This document shows positions 1 to 10,355 of a DNA stretch of 64,000 nt, piece by piece. The notes under the pieces were generated by a model. It was not told where the DNA came from. It did no database searches and worked only from the letters and a program-made list of their open reading frames with translations. How positions within the stretch are numbered: the first letter of the stretch is position 1; each line of letters begins with the position of its first letter. Position numbers and translations under genes: made by a program. This stretch comes from Thermoanaerobaculia bacterium (lineage in GTDB: Bacteria > Acidobacteriota > Thermoanaerobaculia > Multivoradales > JAHEKO01): positions 21,562 to 85,561 of the forward strand of contig JAWKHP010000014.1 in NCBI GenBank assembly GCA_041394745.1, in the 5' to 3' direction.

Positions 1-1530
1 GTCGTACCGGGCGGCACCGTCACGCTCGAGCTCACCCTGGAGAACGTCAGCCCCGTCGCCGACGCCACGGCGATCGCCTTCTCCGACGACCTCGCGCCCG
101 TGCTCTCCGGCCTCACGGCGACCGGCCTCCCCATGATGGACGTCTGCGGCATGGGCTCGAGCCTCACCGGCGCGAGCGGAAACACCCGCATCGTCTTCGG
201 CGGAGGCTCGCTGCCCTCCGGAGCCAGCTGCACGTTCTCGGTGACGCTGCAGGTCCCGATGGCCGCCACGTCGGGGATCTACGACAACGCGACCTCGAAC
301 GTCTCCGCGACGATGGGCGGCGTCCCGAACCTGCTCTTCCCGCCCGCCACCGACGCGCTCACGGTCTCCTCGGACCTGCTGTCGGCGACGAAGAGCTTCA
401 CGGACGATCCGGCGGCGCCGGGCGGCACCGTCACCCTGGAGCTCACTCTCACCAACCTGCACCCCTCCCTGGACGTCACGGGCATCGCCCTCACCGACGA
501 CCTGAACGCGGTGGTGCCGGGGCTGGCCGCCGTCGGGCTTCCGATGATGGACGTCTGCGGAATGGGCTCGAGCCTCACCGGCACCTCGGTGATCAGCCTC
601 ACGGGCGGAACCTTGGCCCCCCTCTCCTCCTGCACCTTCAGCGTGACGCTCGCGGTGCCGGCCAGCGTGCCGCTCGGCGCGAGCTTCCTGAACACGACCT
701 CGACGGTCACCGGCTCGCTCGCCGGCCTCGGCGTGACCGGACAACCGGCCACCGACACCCTGTTCATCGACTCGGTCGAGCTCTCGAAGGCCTTCGCGGG
801 ACCGGTGGCGGCGGGGGGCACGGTGACGCTGACCTTCACCCTCGACAATCTCGACGCCGCGAACGGCATCGCTCAGCTGAGCTTCACCGACGACCTGGAC
901 GCGGTCCTGCCGGGCCTCGTCGCGGTGGGGCTGCCGGCGAGCAACGTCTGCGGGGCCGGCTCGAGCCTGACCGGCACGTCGTTCCTCACCCTGACGGACG
1001 GCAGCCTGGCGGCCGGAGGCTCGTGCTCGTTCCCCGTCCAGCTGCAGGTACCCGCCGCCGCCACGCCGGGGAGCTACCCCAACGTCACCAGCGAGGTGTT
1101 CAGTGGCGGGCTCTCGGTGGGCTCCGCGGCGACCGACACCCTCTCGGTCGAGCCGCCGCCGACCTTCGCCAAGGCGTTCGCGCCGTCCGCGATCCTGGCC
1201 GGCGACGTCAGCACCCTGACCTTCACCATCGACAACTCCGCCAGCGCGCTGGCGGCGAGCGCCCTGAGCTTCACCGACAACCTTCCGGCCGGCCTGGTGG
1301 TCGCGACGCCGAACGGCGCCTCGACCACCTGCACCGGCGGCACCATCGGCGCCACGCCGGGCAGCGGCGTCGTCTCCTACAGCGGCGGCTCGGTCGGCGC
1401 CGGCGCGAGCTGCACCGTGCAGGCCGACGTGACCGGCACGACGGCCGGCGACTACCTCAACGTCTCCGGCGACCTGACCTCGAGCTCGGGCAACAGCGGC
1501 ACGGCCTCCGACACGCTCACCATCCTCGAC
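1..1530 (+). repeat. Four tandem in-frame coding repeats of about 390-410 nt inside the surface protein.
   Basis: GGTVTL-type unit starts at about nt 10, 421, 813 and 1201. There is a near-identical ~45-nt block (ccgatgatggacgtctgcgg.atgggctcgagcctcaccggc) at ~128-172 and ~538-582. Confidence 0.7.
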
Positions 1531-2526
1531 GTCACACCGCCGACGGTGACCAACGTCGACAGCATCCTGGGCACCGACGGCTCGATCGACGAGTGCGACA
1601 GCGTGCGCACGACCGTGGCCGCCCTGCTGGTCACCTTCAGCGAGTCGATGTACGACCCCGGCGACCCGATGGACCCCAACGCGGTGACCAATCCCGACAA
1701 CTGGATGCTCGTCGGCGCCGGGCCGGATCACGACCTGTCGACGCTCCAGTGCGGTCCGCTCATGGGAGACGACGTGGCGACGGCGTTCGGCGCCATCTCC
1801 TGGAACCCCGGCTCGCTGACCGCGACCCTCGTCGCCGCCGGACCGGGCCCGGTGGCCGACGCGCCGTACCGGTTGATGGCCTGCAGCGGCGGCCTGGTCG
1901 ACGACGGCGGCGCCAATCCGCTCGACGGCGACGGCGACGGGACGGGAGGCGACGACTTCGTGCGTGGCTTCCGCATCGATCGCTTCGACGCGCTCGACGA
2001 CGGTCACTTCGACTGCGATCTCGACGCCTGGACCGTCGACACCCCGCCGGGAACCGAGATCCTCTTCTCGAGCGACGACGTCGACGACGCCGGGATCTCC
2101 GGCTCGGTGGCCTTCACCGCCCAGCTGCCGGCGATCTCGGCGACGCTCGCCCAGTGCGCGCCGATCCTGCCGGAGTCGATCTACCACCTCAGCGGCTTCG
2201 TCCGGCTCGATTCCTCGCAGCCCCGCCGCTTCCTGACAGCGTGCGACACGTTCGCGTCGATGGACTGCTCGGGCTCGCCGCTGTTCACGACGCAGTCCGA
2301 GGTGTTGGTCGGCGCACCGGGGGCGTGGACGCCGTTCACGGCCGATTCGGTGCTGATGCCGGGCGTGCACTCGGCGCTCTGCCGGGGGACCGTGCTGCCC
2401 GGCAACGAGGCGCCGTACTCGGTGCACCTGGACGACGTCTCGTTCGACGCCGTCTTCACGCAGATCCTCTTCCAGGACGGCTTCGAGTCCGGCGACACCT
2501 CGGCGTGGACGACGACGACGCCGTGA
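1..2526 (+). CDS. Secreted cell-surface repeat protein, 5'-truncated at the window edge. Ig-like/DUF11-like repeats, then Ig-like and CBM-like regions, then a C-terminal GFESGD tag.
   Basis: Frame 1 is open from nt 1, and the repeat unit already starts there (VVPGGTVTLELTLENV...); the track Met at 100 is internal. Four units of about 130 aa share GGTVTLxLTLxN, GLPMMDVCGMGSSLTG and SCTFSVTL motifs. The protein ends ILFQDGFESGDTSAWTTTTP, with stop TGA at 2524-2526. Confidence 0.85.
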   Translation, partial: VVPGGTVTLELTLENVSPVADATAIAFSDDLAPVLSGLTATGLPMMDVCGMGSSLTGASGNTRIVFGGGSLPSGASCTFSVTLQVPMAATSGIYDNATSNVSATMGGVPNLLFPPATDALTVSSDLLSATKSFTDDPAAPGGTVTLELTLTNLHPSLDVTGIALTDDLNAVVPGLAAVGLPMMDVCGMGSSLTGTSVISLTGGTLAPLSSCTFSVTLAVPASVPLGASFLNTTSTVTGSLAGLGVTGQPATDTLFIDSVELSKAFAGPVAAGGTVTLTFTLDNLDAANGIAQLSFTDDLDAVLPGLVAVGLPASNVCGAGSSLTGTSFLTLTDGSLAAGGSCSFPVQLQVPAAATPGSYPNVTSEVFSGGLSVGSAATDTLSVEPPPTFAKAFAPSAILAGDVSTLTFTIDNSASALAASALSFTDNLPAGLVVATPNGASTTCTGGTIGATPGSGVVSYSGGSVGAGASCTVQADVTGTTAGDYLNVSGDLTSSSGNSGTASDTLTILDVTPPTVTNVDSILGTDGSIDECDSVRTTVAALLVTFSESMYDPGDPMDPNAVTNPDNWMLVGAGPDHDLSTLQCGPLMGDDVATAFGAISWNPGSLTATLVAAGPGPVADAPYRLMACSGGLVDDGGANPLDGDGDGTGGDDFVRGFRIDRFDALDDGHFDCDLDAWTVDTPPGTEILFSSDDVDDAGISGSVAFTAQLPAISATLAQCAPILPESIYHLSGFVRLDSSQPRRFLTACDTFASMDCSGSPLFTTQSEVLVGAPGAWTPFTADSVLMPGVHSALCRGTVLPGNEAPYSVHLDDVSFDAVFTQILFQDGFESGDTSAWTTTTP
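2464..2523 (+). other. C-terminal tag copy 1 (ILFQDGFESGDTSAWTTTTP).
   Basis: Last 20 codons of CDS 1..2526. Shares the 20-nt core gacggcttcgagtccggcga with the tags at 22967-23026 and 31305-31364. Confidence 0.6.
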
Positions 2527-2545
2527 CCGAAGCTCGTCGAGCGGC

Positions 2546-3568
2546 TCAGAGCATCTCGGTGTAGCGGGCGAGGTCCGGCGTACCGAAGGTCGGTACGCCG
2601 GGCATCGCCGGCCGGGGCCGCGACAAGTCGACCGGAGCGCGGACCCCGTGACGGGCCGGCAACCGCGGCACGCGATCCCTGCCCAGGCACCGGCGCACGC
2701 CGGCGGGCGTGCCGAGGTCGCTCCATCCGACGCCTGGAAGGGGCAGGACGGCGAGCCGGTCCGCGCGGGACGCGAAGACGTCCGCGGAAAGATCCAGCCG
2801 GGGCATCCTCTCGAAGGCCGCGGCGAGCCTCGCGGCATCGGGCGCGGCATCCGCGAAGAGCGGCCGCAGGAGGGCGCCGGAGGGAGCTCCTTCGAGCAGC
2901 CGCTGGAAGGCGCCGAGACCGGCGACCGGGACGAAGCAGTTGACCAGCGCTCCCCGTTCGAGGAGCCCGCGGGCCCGCTCGGGGGAGGGCTTCTCGTGGA
3001 ACTCCTCGACCGGAAGCAGCACGGCGTCGCGGTCGGGCGCGCCGGGCACGATCCAGCCCAGCGAGGGATCCGGCCGCTCACCCGCCACGGCCAGGAGCAC
3101 CAGGACCTCCGGTGTTCGCTCGACCTCGCCGAACGCGGTCTCCACACCGCGCGCGAAGAGGTCTTCCCGCGCCATGTAGTGATCCGCCGGAAGGGCCGCG
3201 ATCACCGCACCGGGATCCCGCTTCGCGATCGAAAAGAGGGCCAGATGGAGGCCGACTCCGGTGCCGCGGTCCGCCGGCTGGACGAGGACGTTGGACGAGG
3301 GCAGGTCGGCCAGCTCGCGCGACCACCACGAGCGGTGGTCGCGCTGCACGACGACGACGATGCGGTCTCCCGGCACCAGCCGCTCGGCCCGCGCCAGGGC
3401 CATCTGCAGCAGGGACCGCTCGCCCCGGAGGGCGCAGTACTGCTTGGGACCCCGGGAGCCGCGCGCGTCCGTGGTCATCGCCTCCAGACGCCGCCCGGCG
3501 CCCCCGGCCAGCACGACGACCCAGCGCCTGGCGCCGCCGTCTGGATCCGAGCGCTCCGTCCTCGTCAT
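2546..3568 (-). CDS. Sugar-phosphate nucleotidyltransferase (mannose-1-phosphate guanylyltransferase-like).
   Basis: C-terminal 340 aa of ORF 2546..4246, starting MTRTERS (ATG at 3568). Carries the N-terminal VVLAGGAGRRL nucleotide-binding motif and a GTG...PADH core. The upstream part of the track ORF is low-complexity read-through antisense to the YihY gene. Confidence 0.8.
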   Translation of the reverse strand: MTRTERSDPDGGARRWVVVLAGGAGRRLEAMTTDARGSRGPKQYCALRGERSLLQMALARAERLVPGDRIVVVVQRDHRSWWSRELADLPSSNVLVQPADRGTGVGLHLALFSIAKRDPGAVIAALPADHYMAREDLFARGVETAFGEVERTPEVLVLLAVAGERPDPSLGWIVPGAPDRDAVLLPVEEFHEKPSPERARGLLERGALVNCFVPVAGLGAFQRLLEGAPSGALLRPLFADAAPDAARLAAAFERMPRLDLSADVFASRADRLAVLPLPGVGWSDLGTPAGVRRCLGRDRVPRLPARHGVRAPVDLSRPRPAMPGVPTFGTPDLARYTEML

Positions 3569-3697
3569 CGCCCCACTCCTCCGGCCGACCTGCCGCCGAC
3601 CGGAGGACAGTCTGCCGCGCAGAGCCGTTCCTGTCGCCACCCCTCCGGGTGAGACGCGGGCCAACCCCCACCGGGCGAGATGAGAGACTGAGCGTCG

Positions 3698-4642
3698 ATG
3701 CTCCGCCTCGGTCGCTGGAAGCAGACCTGGTCCCTGCACGGCCACTCGCCGTCGGCTTTCGCCCGCCGGGTCGGCTCGGCCGCCGGCGACGACGAGCTCC
3801 TGCGGCGCGCACCGGAGCTCGCGTTCTACCTCGTTCTGGCGATCTTCCCCTTCCTCTTCTTCCTCTCCGCCGGTCTCGGCTACCTGCTGGAGGGCAGCCG
3901 CCTGCTCGAGGGCACGATCTACGACTCCCTCCGCCGTTTCGGCCCCGGCAGCGAGGTCGCGGACCTGCTGCGAGGCATCCTCGACGAGGTGCGCGACACG
4001 AAGAGCGGGCAGACGCTCGCCGTGGGTCTGGTGAGCTCCCTGTGGGTCGCCTCGATGGGGATGCAGGCGCTGATCCAGGGGCTGAGCGCCGCCTTCGACG
4101 TTCGCGAGAGCCGGCCTTGGTGGCGGCAGCGGCTGGTCGCGATCGCGCTGACCGCCGTCTTCACCATCCTGGTCACGGCCGGCACGGCCGCCGTGATCTT
4201 CGGCGAGGTCGCGGCCGAGATCTTCGCGCGACCGCTGGCTCGCCATCCCGTGGTCGCCGCGGTCGGAACCACGGGACGCTGGATCGCCGGCATCGTCGTC
4301 GCCGTCCTCGCCCTCGACCTGCTCTACAACTTCGCCCCCGCGGTGGCGGAGAGACGGCGACGCTGGCTCACTCCCGGAGCCGTCACCGCGCTGGCGCTCT
4401 GGCTGGCCGCGTCGTGGGGCTTCCGCTGGTACGTCTCGAGCTTCCCCGCCTGGGGCCGCTTCTACGGTTCCCTCGGCACCGTGGTGGTGCTGCTGATGTG
4501 GTGCTTCTTCACCGCCGCGGCGCTGCTGCTGGGCGCCGAGGTCAACTCCGAGCTCGCCGGGATGGCGCGGGAATCAGCCGGCCAGGAGCCGCCAGACCTG
4601 AGCGACGACGAAACAGACCGCGAAGCCGAGAGCCAGGGGTAG
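3698..4642 (+). CDS. YihY/BrkB family membrane protein.
   Basis: ORF 3698..4642. Multiple TM segments and the [17 protein letters not shown] and GAEVNSEL motifs typical of the family. Confidence 0.85.
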   Translation: MLRLGRWKQTWSLHGHSPSAFARRVGSAAGDDELLRRAPELAFYLVLAIFPFLFFLSAGLGYLLEGSRLLEGTIYDSLRRFGPGSEVADLLRGILDEVRDTKSGQTLAVGLVSSLWVASMGMQALIQGLSAAFDVRESRPWWRQRLVAIALTAVFTILVTAGTAAVIFGEVAAEIFARPLARHPVVAAVGTTGRWIAGIVVAVLALDLLYNFAPAVAERRRRWLTPGAVTALALWLAASWGFRWYVSSFPAWGRFYGSLGTVVVLLMWCFFTAAALLLGAEVNSELAGMARESAGQEPPDLSDDETDREAESQG

Positions 4643-6816
4643 CAGGGCGGAGACCGTCGTCCACTTGACGCTGCGCGTCTCCTTCCAGATGGTGTAGATC
4701 GTCGTCGAGCAGGGGTTGTGGATGAGGCTGAAGAGCATCAGGTTGACGGCCATCAGCAGGGTCCAGCCGCCGGCGTGGAGCAGATTCGCCGTGGCCGCTT
4801 GCGAGTCGAGCTCGAAGAGAACGCCGGTGCCGGAGCCGACGCCGGCCGCCCCGGTCACCAGGACCGTCAGCATGAGGACCGTCGGGATGACGATCTCGTT
4901 GGCCGGGATGGCGATGACGTAGGCCAGCAGGATCACTCCCGAGAGACCGATCCAGGCGCCGAAGCCGTCCATGCCGTGGATCGCCCGCTCGGCCAGGCTG
5001 ACGCCGCCCGGTTGGATGTTGGCGAGCAGCCAGATGACGGCGCCGGCGGGCAGCGCGAAGACCACCGCCCTCCACAGCACGATCAGGGTGCGGTCGATGA
5101 TCGAGGTGTAGATCGTCTTCAGCACCCGCGGCGGCCGGTAGGGCGGCAGCTCGAGGCTGAAGGTCGACACCTCGCCGCGCAGCACGGTGTGGGAGAGCAG
5201 CCACGAGACGCCGAAGGTCAGCAGCACGCCGAGCACCGCGATCGCGACCACCGAGGTGGCCGAGATGAGGCCGGCCAGGTGGGCGGGCACCAGCCCGCCG
5301 AGGAAGATCGAGGCGATCAGGATCTGGGTCGGCCAGCGCCCGTTGCAGAGCGCGAAGTTGTTCGTGATGATCGCGATGAGCCGCTCGCGCGGGCTGTCGA
5401 TGATCCGCGTCGAGACGATCGCCGCCGCGTTGCACCCCCAGCCCATCGCCATGGTCAGGGCCTGCTTGCCGTGCGCGCCCACCCGGTGGAACATGCGGCT
5501 GAGGCTGAAGGCGACGCGCGTAGATAGCCCGAAGTCCTCGAGCAGGGGTGCACGGGGAAGAAGATCGCCATCGGCGGCAGCATCACGGCGATCACCAGGC
5601 CAGTTGTAGGGTACATGCCGTCGATCAGCAGGCCGTCGAGCCACCAGGGCATGCTCGATCGCCGCCGCCCCGGCCTTGGAGCAGCGGGTGCAGCTTGTCG
5701 ATCAAGAAGGTCGAGAGCATCGCGGAGGGCACGTTGGCCCCGGCGGATAGGATCCAGGGCGATCAGGGTCAGCAGACCCAGACGATCGGGAACCCAGCGT
5801 GGTGGTTCAGGACCACCCGATCGGACCGCGCGGTCCCAGTCGAAGCGCTGCGCCTCGCCCTCCCGCCGCACGGCTCGATCCGCCAACCGGGCCGCCTCCG
5901 CGTAGACGCCCTCCATCAGCTTCGAGGAAGTCGCGGCCGACCTGGGCGCCAGCAGGGCGCGGGCGGAGCTCAGCAGCGCGGCGGCCGCCTCCGGGATCGG
6001 GCTGGTTCGCCTCTCCAGCTGCGCTGCCTCGCCCTCCTCCTCCTCCTCGGTGCGCAGCTCGCCGAGCGTCCCGTCGTGGACGGCCTGCGATCGAGCCGTC
6101 GCCGTCGAGCAGGCGCAGCGCCACCCAGCCGCGTTGGGCAGGCCTGGGAAGACGGCCTCCAACGCCGGCCAGACCGCTGACGGCGCGCTCGAGGCCCGAG
6201 GAACGGCGCGCGACGCGGCGCGCGGCTTGCCCACGGTGCGCCCGGAGGCGACGTCGGCGATGGCGGAGAGCAGCCTTTGGGATCCTGCCGTAGCGGGTCG
6301 AGGTCAGCCGACCGGGATACCCAGGTCGCGTGCCAGCCGGCGCTCGTCCACCGTCAGGCCCTTGCGCCGGGCCTCGTCTCACCAGGTTCAGGCAGAGCAC
6401 CGCGCGGTCACGATCTCGAGCACCTGGAGCGCCAGGTTCAGGTTGCGCTCGAGCCGCGTCGCGTCGACGACGATCACCGTGACGTCGGGCTTGCCGAAGA
6501 GGATGAAGTCGCGCGCGATCTCCTCGTCGAGGCTCGCCGAGAGCAGCGAGTAGGTGCCCGGCAGGTCGACGACCTTGTAGCGCGAGTCCTCGGTCGAGAA
6601 GCCGCCCTCGGCCCGCGCCACCGTCTTGCCCGGCCAGTTGCCGGTGTGCTGGCGCAGCCCGGTCAGGGCGTTGAACACCGTGCTCTTGCCGGTGTTGGGG
6701 TTGCCGGCCAGCGCCACGACGTAGTCGTAGTCGGCCATGTCGACGCCGAGCTTGGTGAGGTTGGCGACGCTGTGCACGGGGCAGGTCGCGCAGTTCGCGG
6801 GGCTGGGGTGGCTCAT
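4574..6816 (-). pseudogene. feoB: Ferrous iron transporter FeoB, interrupted by several frameshifts (or by consensus errors).
   Basis: G-domain is in ORF 6388..6816 ([24 protein letters not shown]). Central fragments lie in ORFs 5807..6841 (AVLCLNLV) and 5455..6234. The membrane/gate domains are in ORF 4574..5644. There are at least five frame changes between ~5480 and ~6400, several compensated within tens of nt. Confidence 0.85.
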
Positions 6817-7814
6817 GCCGCTCCTCCCGCGGCGGCGTCACCGCCGCGCTCGACGTGGACCTTGTCCGCCTGCTCCCGGCGCAGGGCGATGACCGCGCCG
6901 CGCACCAGATAGCCGGTCGGGTCGCCCGAGGGGCTGCGCAGCTCGGCCTCCACCCGGGTGCCGGGCACCAGCCCGAGGTCGAGCAGCCGCCGGCGCTCCG
7001 GTCCGCGCAGGGCCGGCGAGAGGGCGATCACCCGTGCGCTCTCCCCCATCGCGAGGTCGGAGAGACGGGCGCCCGGGGCCACCATCCGCTCGTCGCGGGC
7101 CAGCGGCAGCACCGAGACGTTGGCCGCCACGACCGGCGCCAGGACGTGCTCCTCGGCGTCGGCGACGAGGCGGATCCTCTCCGGCGTCACCTCTTCGAGG
7201 CGCACGCGCATGCCGGGATGGAGGCCCTCGGCCACGAGCTGGGCGAAGATCGCTTCCGGCTCGTCCTCGACGTGCACGATCTCGGCGAGCTCGCCGACCG
7301 GCAGCGACGGCAGGGGCCGGCCGCGCAGCGGCGCGATCTCGCCCCCCGGCGTGGGGATCGGGTCGCCGTGCGGGTCGTAGCGGGGGTGCCCGAGGGCGGC
7401 CGACAGCGCCTCGGTCTCCTCGGCGCTGGTGGCGTGCTCGAGCCGCTCGGCCTTCTCGTGCCAGTCGGCCGGAGCGAGGCCGGTCTTCTCGGCCAGGTAG
7501 CGCTCCCAGAGCCGGTGGATCCGCACCACGCGCAGGGCGTCGCTGCGCCCCTCCACGGTCAGCCGGTAGCCCCCATCCGCGCTGCGCGCCAGGCCCTGGC
7601 CCTCGAGCCGCGCCAGCAGCGCCGCGGCGCGGTGCCCGGGGACCCCCAGGGCGCCGGAGACGCTCTGCAGCGTCGCCGCGCGGCCGTGGTACTCCGAGTC
7701 GAAGAGGTGCTTCAGGGCGTCCTCGATCTGCACCCGCTCGTCGGCCCGCAGCGCCCGCACGGCCCGCCAGAGCCAGCCGGAACCCGGCCGCAGCAGCAGC
7801 ACGGCGACGAGCAC
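6813..7814 (-). CDS. DtxR/MntR-family metalloregulator fused to two FeoA (SH3-like) domains.
   Basis: ORF 6813..7814. It has an N-terminal hydrophobic segment, a DtxR-like HTH and dimerisation region ([22 protein letters not shown]), then two FeoA-like segments. The stop overlaps the feoB ATG (ATGA at 6813-6816). Confidence 0.85.
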   Translation of the reverse strand: MLVAVLLLRPGSGWLWRAVRALRADERVQIEDALKHLFDSEYHGRAATLQSVSGALGVPGHRAAALLARLEGQGLARSADGGYRLTVEGRSDALRVVRIHRLWERYLAEKTGLAPADWHEKAERLEHATSAEETEALSAALGHPRYDPHGDPIPTPGGEIAPLRGRPLPSLPVGELAEIVHVEDEPEAIFAQLVAEGLHPGMRVRLEEVTPERIRLVADAEEHVLAPVVAANVSVLPLARDERMVAPGARLSDLAMGESARVIALSPALRGPERRRLLDLGLVPGTRVEAELRSPSGDPTGYLVRGAVIALRREQADKVHVERGGDAAAGGAA

Positions 7815-7897
7815 GACGCCCGCGGCGATGAGGAGGGAGAGCGCTGGATCGATCCTGTCGGTGTCTCGGCCCGAGGTTGTTCTCGGGCCCCAAAACG

Positions 7898-7919
7898 GGA
7901 TTTATAGTACTCAAAATCC
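7898..7919. promoter_or_regulatory. AT-rich imperfect palindrome; candidate metalloregulator operator upstream of the DtxR-FeoA/feoB operon.
   Basis: GGATTTATAGTACTCAAAATCC is self-complementary at 18 of 22 positions. It lies ~85-105 nt upstream of the GTG at 7814, in the most AT-rich patch of this stretch. Confidence 0.35.
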
Positions 7920-7966
7920 GAGCGGGGCGCAAGCCCCCGGGGGAGAGGGCGCGGCCCCCGCCGGCC

Positions 7967-9532
7967 CTAGTCCTGCTGCGGCTCGACGCGGACTTCGGCG
8001 CTCACCACTCGCGTCTCCCCCTGCGGGTCGGTGAGCTCGTAGGACACCGCGTAGAGGCGTGCCCGACCGTCCGCAAGGGGCTTCGCGAGCATTTCGAAGG
8101 CGGGCTCGCCCTGCTGTTCGGGCAGGGGACGGATGAGATCCTGGATGTCCTCCGGACCGTTCGTCTTCAGCGAGATCAGGCGCAGGCGGATGGGCGCGCC
8201 GCAGATGTCGCGGAACGAGAACCGCGGCAGCACGCGGATCCAGCGGCCCGAACCGGGCAGCACGGGCGGTTCGAGGGAGAACGTCAAGTCTGCGAGCAGC
8301 CGGGCGGTCACGGTGACCGTCGACGTCGCCTGGCCCACGTTGTGGAAGCGGTCGTAGGCGCGGAAGGTCACCGTCGTCGTGCCCAGGGGGAAGACCGTCG
8401 ACGGGGTCACGTCGGCGCCTCCCACCTGGGGCGGCAACCCGGCGGGCGCGGGATCGATCCGATCCTCCGCCGTGCCCTGCGTCAGCCAGTCGGCCAGCCC
8501 GGAGTGCGCGGCCGGCGTCACGCCGCGGAAGTCGGCGCAGGGGATGCGCAGGGGCGGCGGTGCCGTCACGGTCGGCGGCGTCGAGTCGCCGACCTGGAAC
8601 GCACACTGGGTGCGGTCCTCGGCGCCGTGGAAGTCGCGGGTCGAGAGCACCACCGTGTGACGGGGTCCGAACTCGAAGAGGACCGGCCCGATGCGCCGGC
8701 CGCGGCCGAGGAAGGTGGAGGTCGTTCCGGGCGTGCCCGGGTCCGGTCCGCGCCAGTGGAACCACTGCTCGATCGCCAGATCGGAGCGGTACAGCGTTCC
8801 GTCGGGATCGCTCGACGCCGACAGCAGCGTCACGCGCAGACCCTCGGGATCGTTGGCCTCGGCCGTCGGCGGGTTGATGCCCGTCAGCAACGGGCAGCCG
8901 CCCTGGTTCAGCCACTCCGGCACCGCAGGATCGTCGATGCCGATGACGGCGTGCGGCGGGCGGTTCGAATAGTGCCCGTCGAGCCGCAGGTGGATGTCGA
9001 CGCCCTCTCCCTCGACGGTGGCGTGGAAGAGGCCCTCGAGGCTGAAGTGGTCCCTCCACGGATCGTGCAGCCCGGTCACCGGACGGTCGGTGCTCGCCGT
9101 GACGCGAGCCCAATCGCCGGAGCCGGGACAGCCGTTGAGGAACGGCCCGTCCTCGGCCCAGTAGGAGGCGACGACCTGGGCTCCGGGCCAGAAGAGCAGG
9201 TTGCCGCTCGGATCGACGCGACCGGGGAGCGCGCCGAAGGTCGAGGCCTCGGGGCACATCACCGGCACGTCCGTGCCCCCCAGGAACCACGAGACGTGGA
9301 ACACGCCGGCCCGCGGGCGCGCCCGCAGGCTCGCGAGGGTCGCCGTCCCGTCCGAGCGCACCAGGAGCTCGCCCTCGAAGTCGAGAACCGGCACCGTGAC
9401 GCCGCGCACCTCCAGCGTGCCGTCGCCGGTGACCGTGAAGCGGTCGGGGACCTCCGGCAGGGCCGCCTGGAGGCGCGGCACGCCGAGCACGAACAGCAGG
9501 ACGGCAACGGCGACGACGCGCCGGCTGCTCAC
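7967..9532 (-). CDS. Secreted protein with an HYR-like Ig-fold segment.
   Basis: 3' part of ORF 7967..11323. The GTG at 9532 gives signal peptide VSSRRVVAVAVLLFVLGVPRLQA. TTVTFRAYDRFHNVGQATSTVTV resembles an HYR domain. The start overlaps the upstream stop (GTGA). Confidence 0.75.
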   Translation of the reverse strand: MSSRRVVAVAVLLFVLGVPRLQAALPEVPDRFTVTGDGTLEVRGVTVPVLDFEGELLVRSDGTATLASLRARPRAGVFHVSWFLGGTDVPVMCPEASTFGALPGRVDPSGNLLFWPGAQVVASYWAEDGPFLNGCPGSGDWARVTASTDRPVTGLHDPWRDHFSLEGLFHATVEGEGVDIHLRLDGHYSNRPPHAVIGIDDPAVPEWLNQGGCPLLTGINPPTAEANDPEGLRVTLLSASSDPDGTLYRSDLAIEQWFHWRGPDPGTPGTTSTFLGRGRRIGPVLFEFGPRHTVVLSTRDFHGAEDRTQCAFQVGDSTPPTVTAPPPLRIPCADFRGVTPAAHSGLADWLTQGTAEDRIDPAPAGLPPQVGGADVTPSTVFPLGTTTVTFRAYDRFHNVGQATSTVTVTARLLADLTFSLEPPVLPGSGRWIRVLPRFSFRDICGAPIRLRLISLKTNGPEDIQDLIRPLPEQQGEPAFEMLAKPLADGRARLYAVSYELTDPQGETRVVSAEVRVEPQQD

Positions 9533-10326
9533 GGCGAGATCCCCGTGCCGAAAAGGCGGATCCTGTAGGCCTCCACGGTGTCCTGGCTCACGTCCTGACT
9601 CGCCGAAGCGAAGCCCATCATGGCCAGCGGCTGGAAGACGAACTCCAGCGTGCAGGTCTCGCCGGCTCCGAGCAGGCGCCCGATCGCCCGCTCCTCGTCG
9701 TCCCGCGGACCGCAGGTGCTCGAGACGCGAGCGAACCACGTCGCGTCGCGCCCCGCGAGGATCTCGGCCACGAAGAGCCGCACCGGCTCGGTGCAGACGT
9801 TGCTGATCGTCGCGGACTCCGGCGGCGAGGCGACTCCGATCGTCCCCGACGGGAAGTCGACCCGCGCGTCGAAACCGGCGTCGGTCGTCGGGGGCACGAT
9901 CTCCAGGCAGCGTGCGGGGCTCGCCGGGCACGGAGGCAGCATCGAGCCGGTCCGCGGGGCCGGACAGGTCATGCCGGCCGGGAGCGGGGTCGGCGTCTCG
10001 CACACGACGTCCTCGACGCAGCTGAAGCCCAAGGCCGCCACCGCGGGGTCGGTCGTCGCCACCTCGAAGAGCAGACGGTTCCACTCGTCGGTCGCCGCCG
10101 CCGTCGCGTTCGAGCAAGGAGTCCCGGTCCACGGCTCGAGCGAGCTGTCGGCCCGGTCCATGGCCCCGTCGGGGCTCCGCACCGTCGCCACGCAGTGGAA
10201 CGTCGACTCCGCCGGTGCCAACCCCGAGCGGTCGAGCAGACAGCCGACCCCGATGAGCACGACGAGGGCCGGGACCGACAGAGCGCGCAGGGCATGCGCC
10301 GGGCGGAGAATCGAGCGCAACGCCAC
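9529..10326 (-). CDS. Cys-rich lipoprotein with an ASH/choice-of-anchor-D-like C-terminal beta-sandwich.
   Basis: 3' part of ORF 9529..11313. The GTG at 10326 gives VALRSILRPAHALRALSVPALVVLIGVGC (lipobox). About 12 further Cys residues follow. The C-terminal GAGETCTLEFVFQP motif is present. Confidence 0.7.
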   Translation of the reverse strand: MALRSILRPAHALRALSVPALVVLIGVGCLLDRSGLAPAESTFHCVATVRSPDGAMDRADSSLEPWTGTPCSNATAAATDEWNRLLFEVATTDPAVAALGFSCVEDVVCETPTPLPAGMTCPAPRTGSMLPPCPASPARCLEIVPPTTDAGFDARVDFPSGTIGVASPPESATISNVCTEPVRLFVAEILAGRDATWFARVSSTCGPRDDEERAIGRLLGAGETCTLEFVFQPLAMMGFASASQDVSQDTVEAYRIRLFGTGISP

Positions 10327-10355
10327 GCCCGCCGACGAGAGAAGCCGTTGACCGT

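Noticed and set aside
7868-7889. The hairpin GGCCCGAG-gttgtt-CTCGGGCC as an intrinsic terminator of the upstream minus-strand gene.
   Set aside because: There is no U-tract on either strand, and it lies ~80 nt beyond the stop, inside the likely feo leader. I kept it only as a structural observation.
8962-8970. GGTTCGAAT, a tRNA T-loop-like string.
   Set aside because: There is no flanking 5-bp T-stem complement and no acceptor or anticodon arms. It lies inside a supported CDS.
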